DNA from: Steroidobacteraceae bacterium | GTDB taxonomy: Bacteria; Chloroflexota; Limnocylindria; QHBO01 | Reading direction: 5' to 3' | NCBI GenBank assembly: GCA_025935615.1 | Contig: JAICUY010000002.1 | Span: 6,605-70,604 of the forward strand | DNA: 64,000 bases | Shown: in pieces, positions 18,849-29,154 of the stretch | How the letters are laid out: each line of letters starts with the position of its first letter | Numbering within the stretch: position 1 is the first letter of the stretch | The notes under the pieces: model-generated | What the model saw: the letters and a program-made list of their open reading frames with translations, nothing else | Database searches by the model: none | Told to the model about the DNA's origin: nothing | Translations under genes and position numbers: made by a program

Positions 18849-20097
18849 GGGCCACCGTCTCGCCGGAGCCGACACTGCGTCGTCGACGAAAGTCGCGCTC
18901 GACCACGCCGGGGTCGATGCGGCAGTTGCGCCCGACCCGTACGCCACGCGGCACGCGCGCCTGCTTGCCGACCAGCGAGAGGCCGGCGTACAGCCGCTCC
19001 GGCTCGTTGCGGTTCGGGCGCAGGTCATCCCCCTGGCCCACCACCGCACCCTCGCCGATGACGCACTCCTTGTCGACGATCGCGCGATCGAGCACCGCGT
19101 CCGGGCCAATCACCGAGTCGAACATGACGATCGAGTCGCGAACCACGGCGCCGGGACCGACGCGCACCCCGGGCGACAGGATGCTGTGCTCCACCGTTCC
19201 CTCGATCATGCAGCCGTGGCTGATCATGCTGCGCTGCACGCGCGCCTCGGCGGCGATCATGGCCGGCGCGCGCTCCTCGCTGCGGGTGTAGATCAGCCAG
19301 CCGCGGTCGTACAGGTCGATCTCGGGCTGGTCGCCGACCAGGTCGAGGTTCGCGGTCCAATAGCTTTCCACCGTGCCGACGTCCTGCCAGTAGCCGCCGT
19401 ACTCGTAGGCGAAGACGCGGCGCCCGGAGGCGACCATGTGCGGCAGCACGTCACGCCCGAAGTCGACCCGCTCGCTGGAGAGGATGTCGCGCAGGAACGG
19501 CCACGAGAAGACGTAGACGCCCATGCTGACCAGGTTCGACGGCGGGTTGGCCGGCTTCTCGATGAACTCGGTCACCCGTCCGTCGGGGTCGACCGTCAGG
19601 ATCCCGAACCGATGCGCCTCCTCGATCGGAACGGTCCGCACGGCACAGGTGACGTCGGCCTGCTTCTCGCGGTGCAGACCGATGAAGGGGCGGTAGTCCA
19701 TCTTGTACACGTGGTCGCCCGCCAGCACCAGGACGACCTCCGGATCGCGATCCGCGACGAAATCGAGATTCTGGAGCACCGCGTCGGCGGTGCCGCGATA
19801 CCAGTCGCGCGCCCGGCCGCGGCCGATGTACGGCTGAAGCAGGCTCACGCCGCCACGCGAGCGGTCAAGGTCCCACGGCCGGCCGACGCCGATGTGATCG
19901 ATCAGGGAGCGCGGCGCGTACTGCGTCAGGATGCCGACGTCGGTGAGGCCGGAATTGACGGTGTTGCTGAGGGCGAAGTCGATGATTCGGTACTTCCCGC
20001 CGAACGGGACGCCGGGCTTGGCGCGCACCTGGGACAGGATCGACAGCCGCTCACCCTCGCCACCGGCGAGGATCAGGGTCAGGACCGATGCGGGCAC
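18838..20097 (-). CDS. glgC: Glucose-1-phosphate adenylyltransferase
   Basis: LAGGEGERL...RAKPGVPFGGKYRIIDF, WYRGTADA, GDHVYKMDY, YWQDVGT. Confidence 0.95.
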   Translation of the reverse strand: MPASVLTLILAGGEGERLSILSQVRAKPGVPFGGKYRIIDFALSNTVNSGLTDVGILTQYAPRSLIDHIGVGRPWDLDRSRGGVSLLQPYIGRGRARDWYRGTADAVLQNLDFVADRDPEVVLVLAGDHVYKMDYRPFIGLHREKQADVTCAVRTVPIEEAHRFGILTVDPDGRVTEFIEKPANPPSNLVSMGVYVFSWPFLRDILSSERVDFGRDVLPHMVASGRRVFAYEYGGYWQDVGTVESYWTANLDLVGDQPEIDLYDRGWLIYTRSEERAPAMIAAEARVQRSMISHGCMIEGTVEHSILSPGVRVGPGAVVRDSIVMFDSVIGPDAVLDRAIVDKECVIGEGAVVGQGDDLRPNRNEPERLYAGLSLVGKQARVPRGVRVGRNCRIDPGVVERDFRRRRSVGSGETVAHGS

Positions 20098-20106
20098 GCC
20101 GCGATT

Positions 20107-22869
20107 CTAGCGGCGCCCGGTCCGCCTCCACAGGAGGCCGCCCGATGAGACGAGACCCAGGCTCAGCATGCCGAGCGGCACCATCCCGGTCTGCACGCTC
20201 TGGGTGACGTCGCGACTCGGTGGGCACGGCTTGCCGTGCTTCGGCTTGCAACTGGGCTGCGGCTTCGGCGTCGTGGGCGGCTCGCTGCCGCGGGGCTTGG
20301 GACCATCGGTGTGTCGCGGCTCTGGCGCAAGCCGGTTGCCGCAGATGGAGCCACCGAACCCGCTGTTGCCCGGTACCGGCGCGATCCGCAGGCGATAGGT
20401 GTCGAAATGCTCCTTGATCTCGTCCGGGTCGCCGACCGCGCCGGTTCTGCCGTTGACATAGCGATCGGCCCACTGCTGCGCCGAGTCGATCCACTCCTTC
20501 GGGCGCCGGGAGTCGTTGCGGACCTCCTGCACGATGTCGAAGCACCCGTTGGTGTGGACGTTGTCGGGCTCGGGTTCGGTGCCCTTCAAGAACGGAAGGT
20601 CGCGCGTCGGACCGCAGCTCGACGTGGCGCGCATGCCGCTGAACTGGCAGACCTTGACCATCTCGACGTCATCGGGGCGGTTGAAGTCGGTCTGCGGAAC
20701 CGGCTTGTGGTCGTTCCAGTCCCACTTGCGGTTGAGCGCCTCGGTCATGAAGTCGTGCCACAGGTAGAGCGGACCGTCGGCCGAGAAGAGCCCCTGGCCG
20801 AGAACGGTCGACATCGGCTCCTGATTGTTGTTGCCCATCCACACGCCGGTGACGAGGCTGTCGGGCACGTAGCCGAAGCCCGACACGTCGCGGAAATCGT
20901 TGGTCGTCCCGGTCTTGAATCCGGCGTGACGGCGCTGGCCATCACGATCGCGCAGCTCGGCGCGCGAGCCCCACACCACGTTCGTGTCGGGGTTGGTGTT
21001 GCCCTCGAGGATCCAGTGCATCAGGTACGCCTCGCCCTTGCTCAGCGGATGCGATGGATCGGCAAGGTGGTCGTCGAGCGAGTAGATGATCCGGTTGTCG
21101 CGATCGCGGATCTCACGGATCGTGGTCGCCGGATGCAGGACGCCCTGCTGGGCGAAGACGCCGTATGCCTGCGTCATGTTGGTCAGATTGACGGGCACCG
21201 AGCCGAGGGTCAGGGTCAGGCCGGGATCCTGGTCCGTGATGTACTTCGAGCTCGCGATGCCCATCTCCTCGGCGAAGCGGGCGGTGGTGTCCGTGCCGGC
21301 CAGGTACTGCATCATCACCGACGGCACGTTGAGCGAGTAGCGGATGGCGTCGGTCGCCAGCAGCGGCCCGTGGTCCTCGATGTCGGCGTTGGTCGGGATG
21401 TAGGCGGTCTGCGGCGTCGGTCCGAACTGCGTCGTGTTGTCGACGAAGAACGTGCCCGGCGTCGCCTCGCGCGCCTTGAAGGCCGAGCTGTAGGTGATCG
21501 GCTTGAAGGCGGAACCCGGCTGCCGGCGGCCGAGGCCGGCGACATCGAATTGCCCCTGAACGCGCGGGTCCTTGCGGTTGTAGTAGTCGACGCTGCCGAT
21601 GTAGGCGACGATCTCGCCGGTACGCGAGTCGATCGAGACGAGGGCACCGTTGTGAACGTTCTTGTCCTGCAGCGCCTTGACCCACTTCTCGACCTGCTCA
21701 TGCGCGACCTGCTGCAGCCCCATGTCGATGGTGGTGGTGATGCGCAGCCCACCGGTGCGGACCGCCTGCGCAGGATTCTTGTAGCCGAGCGATTCGAGGA
21801 TTCCCTCCGCCTCACGCCGCACGCGGAAGGTGAAGTGCGGCTCGCGCAGCGGGGTCGACGTGCGGCTGGGATCCATCTGTTTCCACGTCACCTTGCTCGC
21901 GTCGTCGTACTGCGCCTTGGTGATGTAGCCGTCGTCCAGCATCCGCTGCAGGACCTGGTCGCGGCGCTGCATGGCCCGATCCGGACCGTGATCATTGAGG
22001 TACGGGTCGTAGGTGCCGGGCGCCTGCGGCAAGCCCGCCAGGAAGGCGGCCTGGCTGAGCGATAGTTCGCCCAGATCGGTGATTCCGAAATAGTTGGCGG
22101 CCGCGGCCTTGATGCCGTACGAGCCGTTGCCGTAGTTGATGAGGTTCAGGTAGGTGGCGAGGATCTTCTCCTTCCCCTCGCGGCCGGGATAGGCCTCGGT
22201 GACCTTGGTGGCCATGATCTGCTCGCGGATCTTGTCCTCGAACGAGCGACCGGCGAGGAAGGTCAGCTCCGGCGGCTTGCAGACGTCCGTCTCGCTCTCA
22301 TTTTCGGCGGCGTTGGGATCGAGCTCGGCTGATGGCGCCGGCGCACCACTGGCCAGCGCTCCGGATTGCTCCTGCTGAATCGATCCGGCGTACTTGATGA
22401 CCTGCTGCGTGATGGTCGACGCGCCCTGGACGATCTCGCCGGCCTCCAGGTTGGCCACGATGGCACGCCCGACGCCCTGGATGTCGACACCATTGTTCGT
22501 CCAGAACGTCCGGTCCTCAATGGCGACCGTCGCATTCACGACGTCCTCGGGGATCTGGTCGAAGGTGACCGACTCCCGGTTCTGGCACTCGAAGCGGGCC
22601 AGCAGGGTCTTGCCGGTGCGGTCGTAGACATAGCTCGACTGCGGCAGGTCGACGTTGTCGAGGATGCGCGGGTCGGGCAGGCTGGCGGCGAAATAGTTGT
22701 AGGCCGCGAACATGCCGCCGGCGGTGCCGGCCAGCGACCCGCCGATCATGAGGCCGATCGCGGCCAGCGTGCCGAGCAGGAAGGTGGCGAGCCCGCGGCG
22801 CGGTGCCCGCCGCTGGGTGGTCCGACGCAGCATCAGACGATGCCGGCGCCGTTGCATGGCCGGATGCAT
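20107..22869 (-). CDS. Class A penicillin-binding protein (transglycosylase/transpeptidase)
   Basis: AIEDRTF, QGASTITQQ; SAFK, SLN, KTGT motifs. Confidence 0.93.
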   Translation of the reverse strand: MHPAMQRRRHRLMLRRTTQRRAPRRGLATFLLGTLAAIGLMIGGSLAGTAGGMFAAYNYFAASLPDPRILDNVDLPQSSYVYDRTGKTLLARFECQNRESVTFDQIPEDVVNATVAIEDRTFWTNNGVDIQGVGRAIVANLEAGEIVQGASTITQQVIKYAGSIQQEQSGALASGAPAPSAELDPNAAENESETDVCKPPELTFLAGRSFEDKIREQIMATKVTEAYPGREGKEKILATYLNLINYGNGSYGIKAAAANYFGITDLGELSLSQAAFLAGLPQAPGTYDPYLNDHGPDRAMQRRDQVLQRMLDDGYITKAQYDDASKVTWKQMDPSRTSTPLREPHFTFRVRREAEGILESLGYKNPAQAVRTGGLRITTTIDMGLQQVAHEQVEKWVKALQDKNVHNGALVSIDSRTGEIVAYIGSVDYYNRKDPRVQGQFDVAGLGRRQPGSAFKPITYSSAFKAREATPGTFFVDNTTQFGPTPQTAYIPTNADIEDHGPLLATDAIRYSLNVPSVMMQYLAGTDTTARFAEEMGIASSKYITDQDPGLTLTLGSVPVNLTNMTQAYGVFAQQGVLHPATTIREIRDRDNRIIYSLDDHLADPSHPLSKGEAYLMHWILEGNTNPDTNVVWGSRAELRDRDGQRRHAGFKTGTTNDFRDVSGFGYVPDSLVTGVWMGNNNQEPMSTVLGQGLFSADGPLYLWHDFMTEALNRKWDWNDHKPVPQTDFNRPDDVEMVKVCQFSGMRATSSCGPTRDLPFLKGTEPEPDNVHTNGCFDIVQEVRNDSRRPKEWIDSAQQWADRYVNGRTGAVGDPDEIKEHFDTYRLRIAPVPGNSGFGGSICGNRLAPEPRHTDGPKPRGSEPPTTPKPQPSCKPKHGKPCPPSRDVTQSVQTGMVPLGMLSLGLVSSGGLLWRRTGRR

Positions 22870-22946
22870 CGGGCGCTACGGTAGCAGCCGGTGGGCCAGC
22901 GGTCGAATCGGAGGGCGAGCCGCGCGCTTGCGCGCTCCCCGGATGA

Positions 22947-24275
22947 CTAGGGCAGGTAGTCGCGCGGGTTGACGGCTCCGTCGTCGAACATCACCTGCAG
23001 GTGCAGGTGGCATCCGGTCGCCATGCCGGTCGCACCCTCGTAGCCGAGCAGCTGGCCGGCCTTCACCTTCTGTCCGACGCTGACGATCTCGCGCGACATG
23101 TGCCAGTACCAGCTCTGCAGCCGTTGGGAGTGGCCGACGACGACGCCGATCGCGGTGTCGCCCGGGGCCGCCGGATGGCCGTCGGCCAGGACCACGCCGT
23201 CCGCGACCGCGTAGATCGGCGACCCGCATCCGGACGCCATGTCGAGGCCAGTGTGGAAGTGACGGTAATAGACGCCCTCGTAGGTGTACGGCGGCTCGAG
23301 CTTGAACCTGGTCGGTCCGAACTCCTGGGTGACCACGACGTGGCCGCGCTCCGGCCAGGCAAACCGACCATGGAAGGCGATGTCGAGCTTGGCGGCCTGC
23401 TTCTTGAGCCGCCGCACCAGGGCGCGCTGGGCGTCGAGCGCCTCCTGGTAGCGCCGCACGAGGCGGCGCTGCTGCTTGGCATTGTCGGCGGTACGCGCAA
23501 GCTGTCTCTCCTGGGCGCGCTTCAGATGGCGCAGCTCGGCGCGCTTGGCGTCGAGGAGGCGCTTGGCGGCCGCGACCTGCTCCTGCTGCGCGTCGAGCTC
23601 GGCTTCGCGCTGCGCCGTGGCGTCGCGCAGGTCGCGGAGCGTTTCGCGTCCTTCGCGCAGGGTCTGCTCCTTGATCTCGAGCCGTTCGCGGGCGAGCTTG
23701 ATCTCCTCCGCCAGCCGCGCGTCCTCGTCGGACAGCGTCAGCATGAAGCCGAGGTGGTTCGTGGCGTCGCTGAGGGAATCGGTCGAGAGCAGCACCTCGA
23801 GCAGCGAGGTCTGGCTCTGCTCGTAGGCGGCTCGCAGGTGGTCCTGCAGCAGCGCCTGCCGGTTGGCCAGGTCGACCTTGGACTGCTCGATGCCGGCAGC
23901 CACATCCTTGAGATCCGACTCGAGCGTGTCGATGCGGTGCTCGTAGTCGTGCAGGTCGCGGCGCGCCTGCTTGAGGTTCGTCGTCAACCGGTCCAGCCGC
24001 CGAGCGGTGCGATTGATCTGGGTGCCGACGCTGTCCAGGTCGCCGCTGATCTGCGCCAGGCTGCTCGTCAGCACCGCGGCGCTGCGGCGCAGCGCTGCCA
24101 GCGCGGCTCGGTGTGCGGCCAGCGCCGACTCCATCTGCTGCTGCTGAGCGATGGCCTCGTTGACGTCCGGGTCATCGGCCGAAACGGGACGACTGCCCGC
24201 GCCCGTGAAGACGAGCGCGGTGAGGAGAAGCGCGGAGGTGAGCGTCGCAAGGCGGCGCCGGGACTCAGTCGACAT
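22947..24275 (-). CDS. Coiled-coil M23 family peptidoglycan peptidase
   Basis: Signal peptide, long coiled coil, HTGLD, YWHM, TGCHLH. Confidence 0.9.
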   Translation of the reverse strand: MSTESRRRLATLTSALLLTALVFTGAGSRPVSADDPDVNEAIAQQQQMESALAAHRAALAALRRSAAVLTSSLAQISGDLDSVGTQINRTARRLDRLTTNLKQARRDLHDYEHRIDTLESDLKDVAAGIEQSKVDLANRQALLQDHLRAAYEQSQTSLLEVLLSTDSLSDATNHLGFMLTLSDEDARLAEEIKLARERLEIKEQTLREGRETLRDLRDATAQREAELDAQQEQVAAAKRLLDAKRAELRHLKRAQERQLARTADNAKQQRRLVRRYQEALDAQRALVRRLKKQAAKLDIAFHGRFAWPERGHVVVTQEFGPTRFKLEPPYTYEGVYYRHFHTGLDMASGCGSPIYAVADGVVLADGHPAAPGDTAIGVVVGHSQRLQSWYWHMSREIVSVGQKVKAGQLLGYEGATGMATGCHLHLQVMFDDGAVNPRDYLP

Positions 24276-24374
24276 GAGCTCCTGGTCGAGAGGCGAGCAG
24301 ACGATTGGGCGTCGCGCGGCGGAAGCTGCGCGGCTCGGAATGGACGCTCGTGGCGGAGCGCCCGCGACAGGATA

Positions 24375-25037
24375 TCACCATCGCAGCAGGCTTCCCAGCA
24401 TGGCGACTCCACCGCCAAGCAGGTGCGGCTCGCGCAGCAGGGTGACCACCGCTCCGGCGACCAGGAACGGGCCGAACGGGATGTAGCTCTTGAGGCCTGC
24501 GCGACGCGAGACGAGCAGCGCCACGCCCGCCAGCGCGGCGAGAAGGCCGGCGACGAAGATGGCGATGAAGATCGACGGCCACCCCAGCAGCAGGCCAAGC
24601 GGCGCGATCAGGTACAGGTCGCCGAGCGCCACCCCACCCCGCACCAGCAGGCCGAGCAGGCCCAGGAATCCGACCGCCGCGGCTCCGCCCAGCACCGCGT
24701 CGGTGACGCTCACGCTCGGGTTGAAGGGCACGAACAGAATCGAGGCCAGGATGAGCGGGTCGAGCAGGACATGCGGCAGGCGGCGCTGCTCGAGGTCCGT
24801 CGCCGACAGCACGATGAGGATGGCGAGGAAGCCGAGGTAGGCGGCGGTGGCCCATGGCGGCAGCTGCGACCGCGAGACGAGCGCAGCCGCAGCAACGCCG
24901 GAGACCGCAGCGAGCAGCAGCGTCCGCGGACCGGGCCGGCGGCGGCTCGGCTCATCGGCCGGCCACACGCTGGCAACCCGCTCGGCTGCAGCGCCGAAGG
25001 CGGCAAAGGCGAACCCTACGGCGATCACGACGGGCAC
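24375..25037 (-). CDS. Prepilin peptidase (A24 family)
   Basis: TDLEQRRLP, ALGDLYL, IPFGPFL; start GTG 25037 inferred. Confidence 0.85.
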   Translation of the reverse strand: MPVVIAVGFAFAAFGAAAERVASVWPADEPSRRRPGPRTLLLAAVSGVAAAALVSRSQLPPWATAAYLGFLAILIVLSATDLEQRRLPHVLLDPLILASILFVPFNPSVSVTDAVLGGAAAVGFLGLLGLLVRGGVALGDLYLIAPLGLLLGWPSIFIAIFVAGLLAALAGVALLVSRRAGLKSYIPFGPFLVAGAVVTLLREPHLLGGGVAMLGSLLRW

Positions 25038-25140
25038 TCGGCCTGCTTCTCCCTGTGGACATCGGTGCGGAGCGGCACCGCGCCACATCCTACTCAATGC
25101 GGCCCGGCCGACCATGGGCCGATCGTCCTGCCGCCACGTC

Positions 25141-25156
25141 TGGCACGCCTCGTGCG
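25141..25156 (+). promoter_or_regulatory. sigma54-type -24/-12 promoter for csbD
   Basis: TGGCACGCCTCGTGCG, about 50 nt upstream of ATG 25207. Confidence 0.65.
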
Positions 25157-25206
25157 TTCCTGCGCTCGGCGACCGAACGGTCGCACGTACGTGGAGGAAC
25201 AGCTCG

Positions 25207-25395
25207 ATGGACAAGGATCGCATCGAAGGAAACATCAAGCAGGGTTGGGGCAAGGCCGAGGAGGCCGTGGGCGACGCCACCGACAACCCCGAGACCGAGG
25301 CCGAGGGTCAGCAGGACCAGGCCGAGGGTTCGCTCCAGGAGGGCTGGGGCAAGGTCAAGGACGCCGGCCGCGATCTCGTCGACGACGACGCCTGA
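25207..25395 (+). CDS. csbD: CsbD family general stress protein
   Basis: MDKDRIEGNIKQGWGKAEEAVGDATDN..TEAEG..DQAEG; RBS GGAGG. Confidence 0.92.
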   Translation: MDKDRIEGNIKQGWGKAEEAVGDATDNPETEAEGQQDQAEGSLQEGWGKVKDAGRDLVDDDA

Positions 25396-25421
25396 TCCTC
25401 GACCTGCCGACAGGACCGATG

Positions 25422-25446
25422 CGGGCGCCGGCCATGCCGGCGCCCG
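25422..25446. terminator. Hairpin between convergent csbD and pepA
   Basis: CGGGCGCCGGC-CAT-GCCGGCGCCCG. Confidence 0.7.
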
Positions 25447-25450
25447 TTCG

Positions 25451-26944
25451 TCATGCTCGGGGCTTCGGCCCCGCGGCGTAATCCATGGCCAGACGGGCAA
25501 GGGTCGTCACGCCGGTGCCGACGCAGCCCTTCGGGCTCCACGCCTTGTCCGCGGTGAGGTACGCCGTGCCCGCGATGTCGACGTGGACCCACGGCTTGGT
25601 CACGAACTCGTGCAGGAAGATGGCGCTCTTGATCAGTGATCCGTCACGCGTGCCCGAGTTCTTGATATCGGCATGCGGCGTGTCGAGCGACGGCCGGTAT
25701 TCGGTGGCCAGCGGCATCTCCCAGAACCACTCCCCGGTGGCATCGGCGGCGGCCTGGATCTCGGTCCCCCATTCGCGCGGCTTGCAGAAGTAGGCGCTGA
25801 TCAGCTCGCCGAAGGCGACGGCACAGGCTCCGGTCAGCGTCGCGATGTCGACGAGGTGGGTCGCTCCCTGGGTCTCGGCCCAGTGCAGCGCATCGGCCAG
25901 GATCAGCCGGCCTTCGGCGTCCGTGTTGATGACCTCGACGGTGCGGCCGTTCATGGCCTTGACCACGTCGCCCGGCCGCTGGGCGTTGCCACCCGGCATG
26001 TTCTCGACCATCGGCGCGACCGCCATGAGCGGAGTGTCCGGTGCCAGTCGCGCGACCGCGCGGGCCGCGGCGATGACGGCCGCGGCGCCCGACTTGTCGT
26101 GCTTCATCTCCTCCATGCGGTCGGCCGGCTTGATGCTGATGCCGCCGGAGTCGAAGCAGACGCCCTTGCCGACGATCGCCAGCCGGCGGTCGTCGGATGC
26201 CTTGTCCCAGCCCGGCAGCTTGATGGCGATCAGCCGCGGGTCGTGGGTCGCTCCCTGCCCGACCCCCAGCAGCGATCCCATGCCGAGCGCGCGCATCTCG
26301 TCCGGATCAAGCACCGCGACGCTGCAGCCGTCCTCCTCGAGGGTTCGGGCGACCTCCGCCATCTTCTCGGGATAGAGGTCGTTCGAGGCACGGTTGGCGA
26401 GCGTCCTCCCCCACTCGACCGCATCGGCCAGGATGTCTGACCGATCCAGGAGCTGCTGGCCGCCCGGCACGTCGAGGAATACGATCTCGCCGACGCTGCG
26501 CTTCATGGCATCGGTATCACGCACGCGCCCGTAGACGTCCATCGGCCGGTAGGTGCCCTGCCGTGCGCCGACGACGGCGGCGCTGAAGGCGTCTTCGTCC
26601 TCCCCATCGCGCAGCCAGAGCGCCATGCGCTCGACACCGTGTCCCTGCAGCCGCCGGGTGGCGGTGGCCGCGATGCGACGAGCGCGCCAGGCGCCACGCC
26701 CGCGACGGACGCCATTGACCAGCAGGATGCGCGATACCGCCAGCGAGCCGCCATCCACGAGTGCGGTGTAGTGCTCCAGGATGTTGAACTCGCCCCACTC
26801 GATCGCCTCGGCGATGACCCCGCCGGCGGCGGCATCCAGCTTGGCGAGGTCGCCGCTCAGGGGAATGTCGTCCTTGTAGATGGGTACCGCCAGCACATCG
26901 GCCTGGACCGAAGCCGGATCGGACTGTTCCGCGCGCACGCGCAT
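25451..26944 (-). CDS. pepA: Leucyl aminopeptidase (M17)
   Basis: VGKGVCFDSGG, MKHDKSG, NTDAEGRL, DIATLTGA, HVDIAG. Confidence 0.95.
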   Translation of the reverse strand: MRVRAEQSDPASVQADVLAVPIYKDDIPLSGDLAKLDAAAGGVIAEAIEWGEFNILEHYTALVDGGSLAVSRILLVNGVRRGRGAWRARRIAATATRRLQGHGVERMALWLRDGEDEDAFSAAVVGARQGTYRPMDVYGRVRDTDAMKRSVGEIVFLDVPGGQQLLDRSDILADAVEWGRTLANRASNDLYPEKMAEVARTLEEDGCSVAVLDPDEMRALGMGSLLGVGQGATHDPRLIAIKLPGWDKASDDRRLAIVGKGVCFDSGGISIKPADRMEEMKHDKSGAAAVIAAARAVARLAPDTPLMAVAPMVENMPGGNAQRPGDVVKAMNGRTVEVINTDAEGRLILADALHWAETQGATHLVDIATLTGACAVAFGELISAYFCKPREWGTEIQAAADATGEWFWEMPLATEYRPSLDTPHADIKNSGTRDGSLIKSAIFLHEFVTKPWVHVDIAGTAYLTADKAWSPKGCVGTGVTTLARLAMDYAAGPKPRA

Positions 26945-27028
26945 GCAGCTGCTCTCCTTATGTCTCCCATGGGACCGATGCGGCGGCGCAGCGGCGCCGC
27001 CGATCGTTGACAGAGTACAGGACCGCCT

Positions 27029-28258
27029 TCAGTCGAACGGGCGGTAGGCGTACATCGTGAAGCGGCTGCCCTGCTCGACGACCTGGCCGGCGGCAGGCTC
27101 CTGGTCATAGATGCCGGCCGGGTGCGCATCGGTCTCCTGCCAGCGGATCGTCCAGCTCAAGTTCGCCCGCCGAGCCGCCGCTTCACCGTCCGCCTCGCTC
27201 AGGCCGACCGTATTCGGCACCCGAACCGTACCGGGACGCAGCGTCGGCGACGGTGCCGGCGTCGGCGAGCGCCTGCCCCGGCCGTCGTCGCCGGTGCCCA
27301 GGCCGATCGCCACGACGGCGACCACGGCTGCGGCCACGACCAGCATCGCCAGCAGTGGCAGCCACGAGCGCCGGCCAGGCGATCGGGCCGGAGCGACGGC
27401 TGCCACCACCGGCTCGGTCGACGGCTGCGCGTCGCGCAGCGTGCCCCGCAGCGCTCGCGACATCGCTTGGGCGCTCTGGAAGCGCCGCGCCGGCACCGGG
27501 TCGATGGCCTGGACGACCGCCGCGTCGAGCGCCGGAGAGACACCCGCCACGAGCGCGGAAGGCGGCAGCGGTCGAGCCGCCTCCTCGGCGGCCAGCACCG
27601 TCTCGGGATCGTTCCCCGGATACGGCACACGACCGGTGAGCCCGGCGTACAGGATCGCACCGGCCGCGAACAGGTCGCTGGCCGGGGTCAGCGGCTCGCC
27701 ACGCAGCTGCTCCGGCGGCATCGCGTGCAGCGAGCCGATGGTCGTCTCGCCGGCCGGCTCGCCTTCGGGCGCCCGTGCGATGCCGAAGTCGATCAGCTTG
27801 GCCGGCCCGGGTCCCATCATCACGTTGCCGGGCTTGACATCGCAATGGATGAGGCCGTGGGAATGGACCGCTGCCAGCCCGGCCAGCAACTGCTCGCTCA
27901 GCCGCAGCGCGTCGTCGACGCCCAAGGGACCCTCCCGCTCGAGGATCGCGCGGAGCGAGCGATACCCTTCGAGGAGCTCCATGACGATGAACCGCAGCTC
28001 GCCGTCGGTCCCGGTGTCGTAGACGTGGATCAGGTTCGGATGGGACAGGCCGGCAACCGCACGAGCCTCGGCCAGGAAGCGGTCGGCGAACGCGGGGTCG
28101 CTCGCATACGCCGGCGCCAGGACCTTGAGCGCCACATCGCGCTCGAGCCGCAGGTCGCGCGCACGATAGACGGTGGACATCCCGCCGGCGGCGACGATCG
28201 CGTCGATCCGATAGCGGTCGCCGACGATGCGACCAATGAGGCCAGGCGACGCGCTCAC
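27029..28258 (-). CDS. Membrane Ser/Thr protein kinase with one PASTA domain
   Basis: VALK, HCDVKPGN, DFG, TM, VPNTVGLS...QEPAAG; GTG 28258 overlaps upstream stop. Confidence 0.9.
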   Translation of the reverse strand: MSASPGLIGRIVGDRYRIDAIVAAGGMSTVYRARDLRLERDVALKVLAPAYASDPAFADRFLAEARAVAGLSHPNLIHVYDTGTDGELRFIVMELLEGYRSLRAILEREGPLGVDDALRLSEQLLAGLAAVHSHGLIHCDVKPGNVMMGPGPAKLIDFGIARAPEGEPAGETTIGSLHAMPPEQLRGEPLTPASDLFAAGAILYAGLTGRVPYPGNDPETVLAAEEAARPLPPSALVAGVSPALDAAVVQAIDPVPARRFQSAQAMSRALRGTLRDAQPSTEPVVAAVAPARSPGRRSWLPLLAMLVVAAAVVAVVAIGLGTGDDGRGRRSPTPAPSPTLRPGTVRVPNTVGLSEADGEAAARRANLSWTIRWQETDAHPAGIYDQEPAAGQVVEQGSRFTMYAYRPFD

Positions 28259-29148
28259 GGCTGGTCCCCGCCGAGCAGCGGCGCCACCTCGTCGCGCGCG
28301 CTGGTCACCTTGGCCACCAGGTCGGCCAGCCGCGCCAGCGCCGGTTGAGCGACCGCCCCGCCCCCCTCGGAGAGTGCGATCGCCAGGGCCCGATCCGCCC
28401 GGCTCGCCTGCCGCGCGGCGCGGCGGTAGGCCGCCAGTCCCTCCCGCTCGCCACGCGCATCGCCGTCGACACGAGCGGCCACGACCTCGCGCAGCGCGCC
28501 GAGCAGCCGATCGATGGTCCGTGTCCAGAACGGCAGCGTGGCAAGCGCACCGGGCCACGCCCGCACCTCGGCCAGGGAGGTCGCCGCCTCGTCGAGTGCC
28601 TCGCTCGCCATCGATCGATCGTCCCGGGTGACGGCCGCCAGCGCTCGGCGCAGCTCATCGAGGACCGAGCGGCTGGCGTGGCGCATCTCCGCGAACGCGT
28701 CGGCCGCCTCGGCCGTGTCGCGCAGCTGTGCGGCGATCGACGAGAGATCCGCGCCTGCCACGAGCAGCCGCGGCGGGTCGTTATCGCTGCCGATGGCCAG
28801 CATGCCGGCGACGCGCACCAGCCGCCGGGCAGCGTCATCGGCTGTCGGGCCGGCGGCGACGAGCCGGTCCGCCGCGGCGCGGAACGCCTCGGACGGCGCG
28901 GCGTCTCCGCTCACCGTGGCCGCGGCCCCGTCCCGTGCGGCGTCGAGCGCCCGATCGACGGCTGCCGCCAGGTCGGCGAGCGTCGTGTCCGCAGCCCGTG
29001 CCGTATCGGCCAGCTCGGCGCGATAGGCAACGCTGGTGGCGGGGCCGCGATCACTGGAGCCCATTCCCAGCAGCGTGCCCAGGGCCAGGGCGCCGGCAAC
29101 GCCGAGCGCGACCCCTGCGCCGGACGGCAGCCGCCGGACCCGTATCAT
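28255..29148 (-). CDS. Hypothetical Ala-rich helical exported protein (start uncertain)
   Basis: N-terminal hydrophobic segment; stop overlaps kinase start. Confidence 0.6.
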   Translation of the reverse strand: MIRVRRLPSGAGVALGVAGALALGTLLGMGSSDRGPATSVAYRAELADTARAADTTLADLAAAVDRALDAARDGAAATVSGDAAPSEAFRAAADRLVAAGPTADDAARRLVRVAGMLAIGSDNDPPRLLVAGADLSSIAAQLRDTAEAADAFAEMRHASRSVLDELRRALAAVTRDDRSMASEALDEAATSLAEVRAWPGALATLPFWTRTIDRLLGALREVVAARVDGDARGEREGLAAYRRAARQASRADRALAIALSEGGGAVAQPALARLADLVAKVTSARDEVAPLLGGDQP

Positions 29149-29154
29149 CCCGCG

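Noticed and set aside
20236..25481. Very long ORFs antisense to real genes (20236-22065 and 23001-25481; likewise 16172-18175, 42149-44056, 44164-46032, 47769-50093, 51932-53581)
   Set aside because: Shadow ORFs expected from high-GC codon bias; no recognisable motifs, and each lies opposite a well-supported gene.
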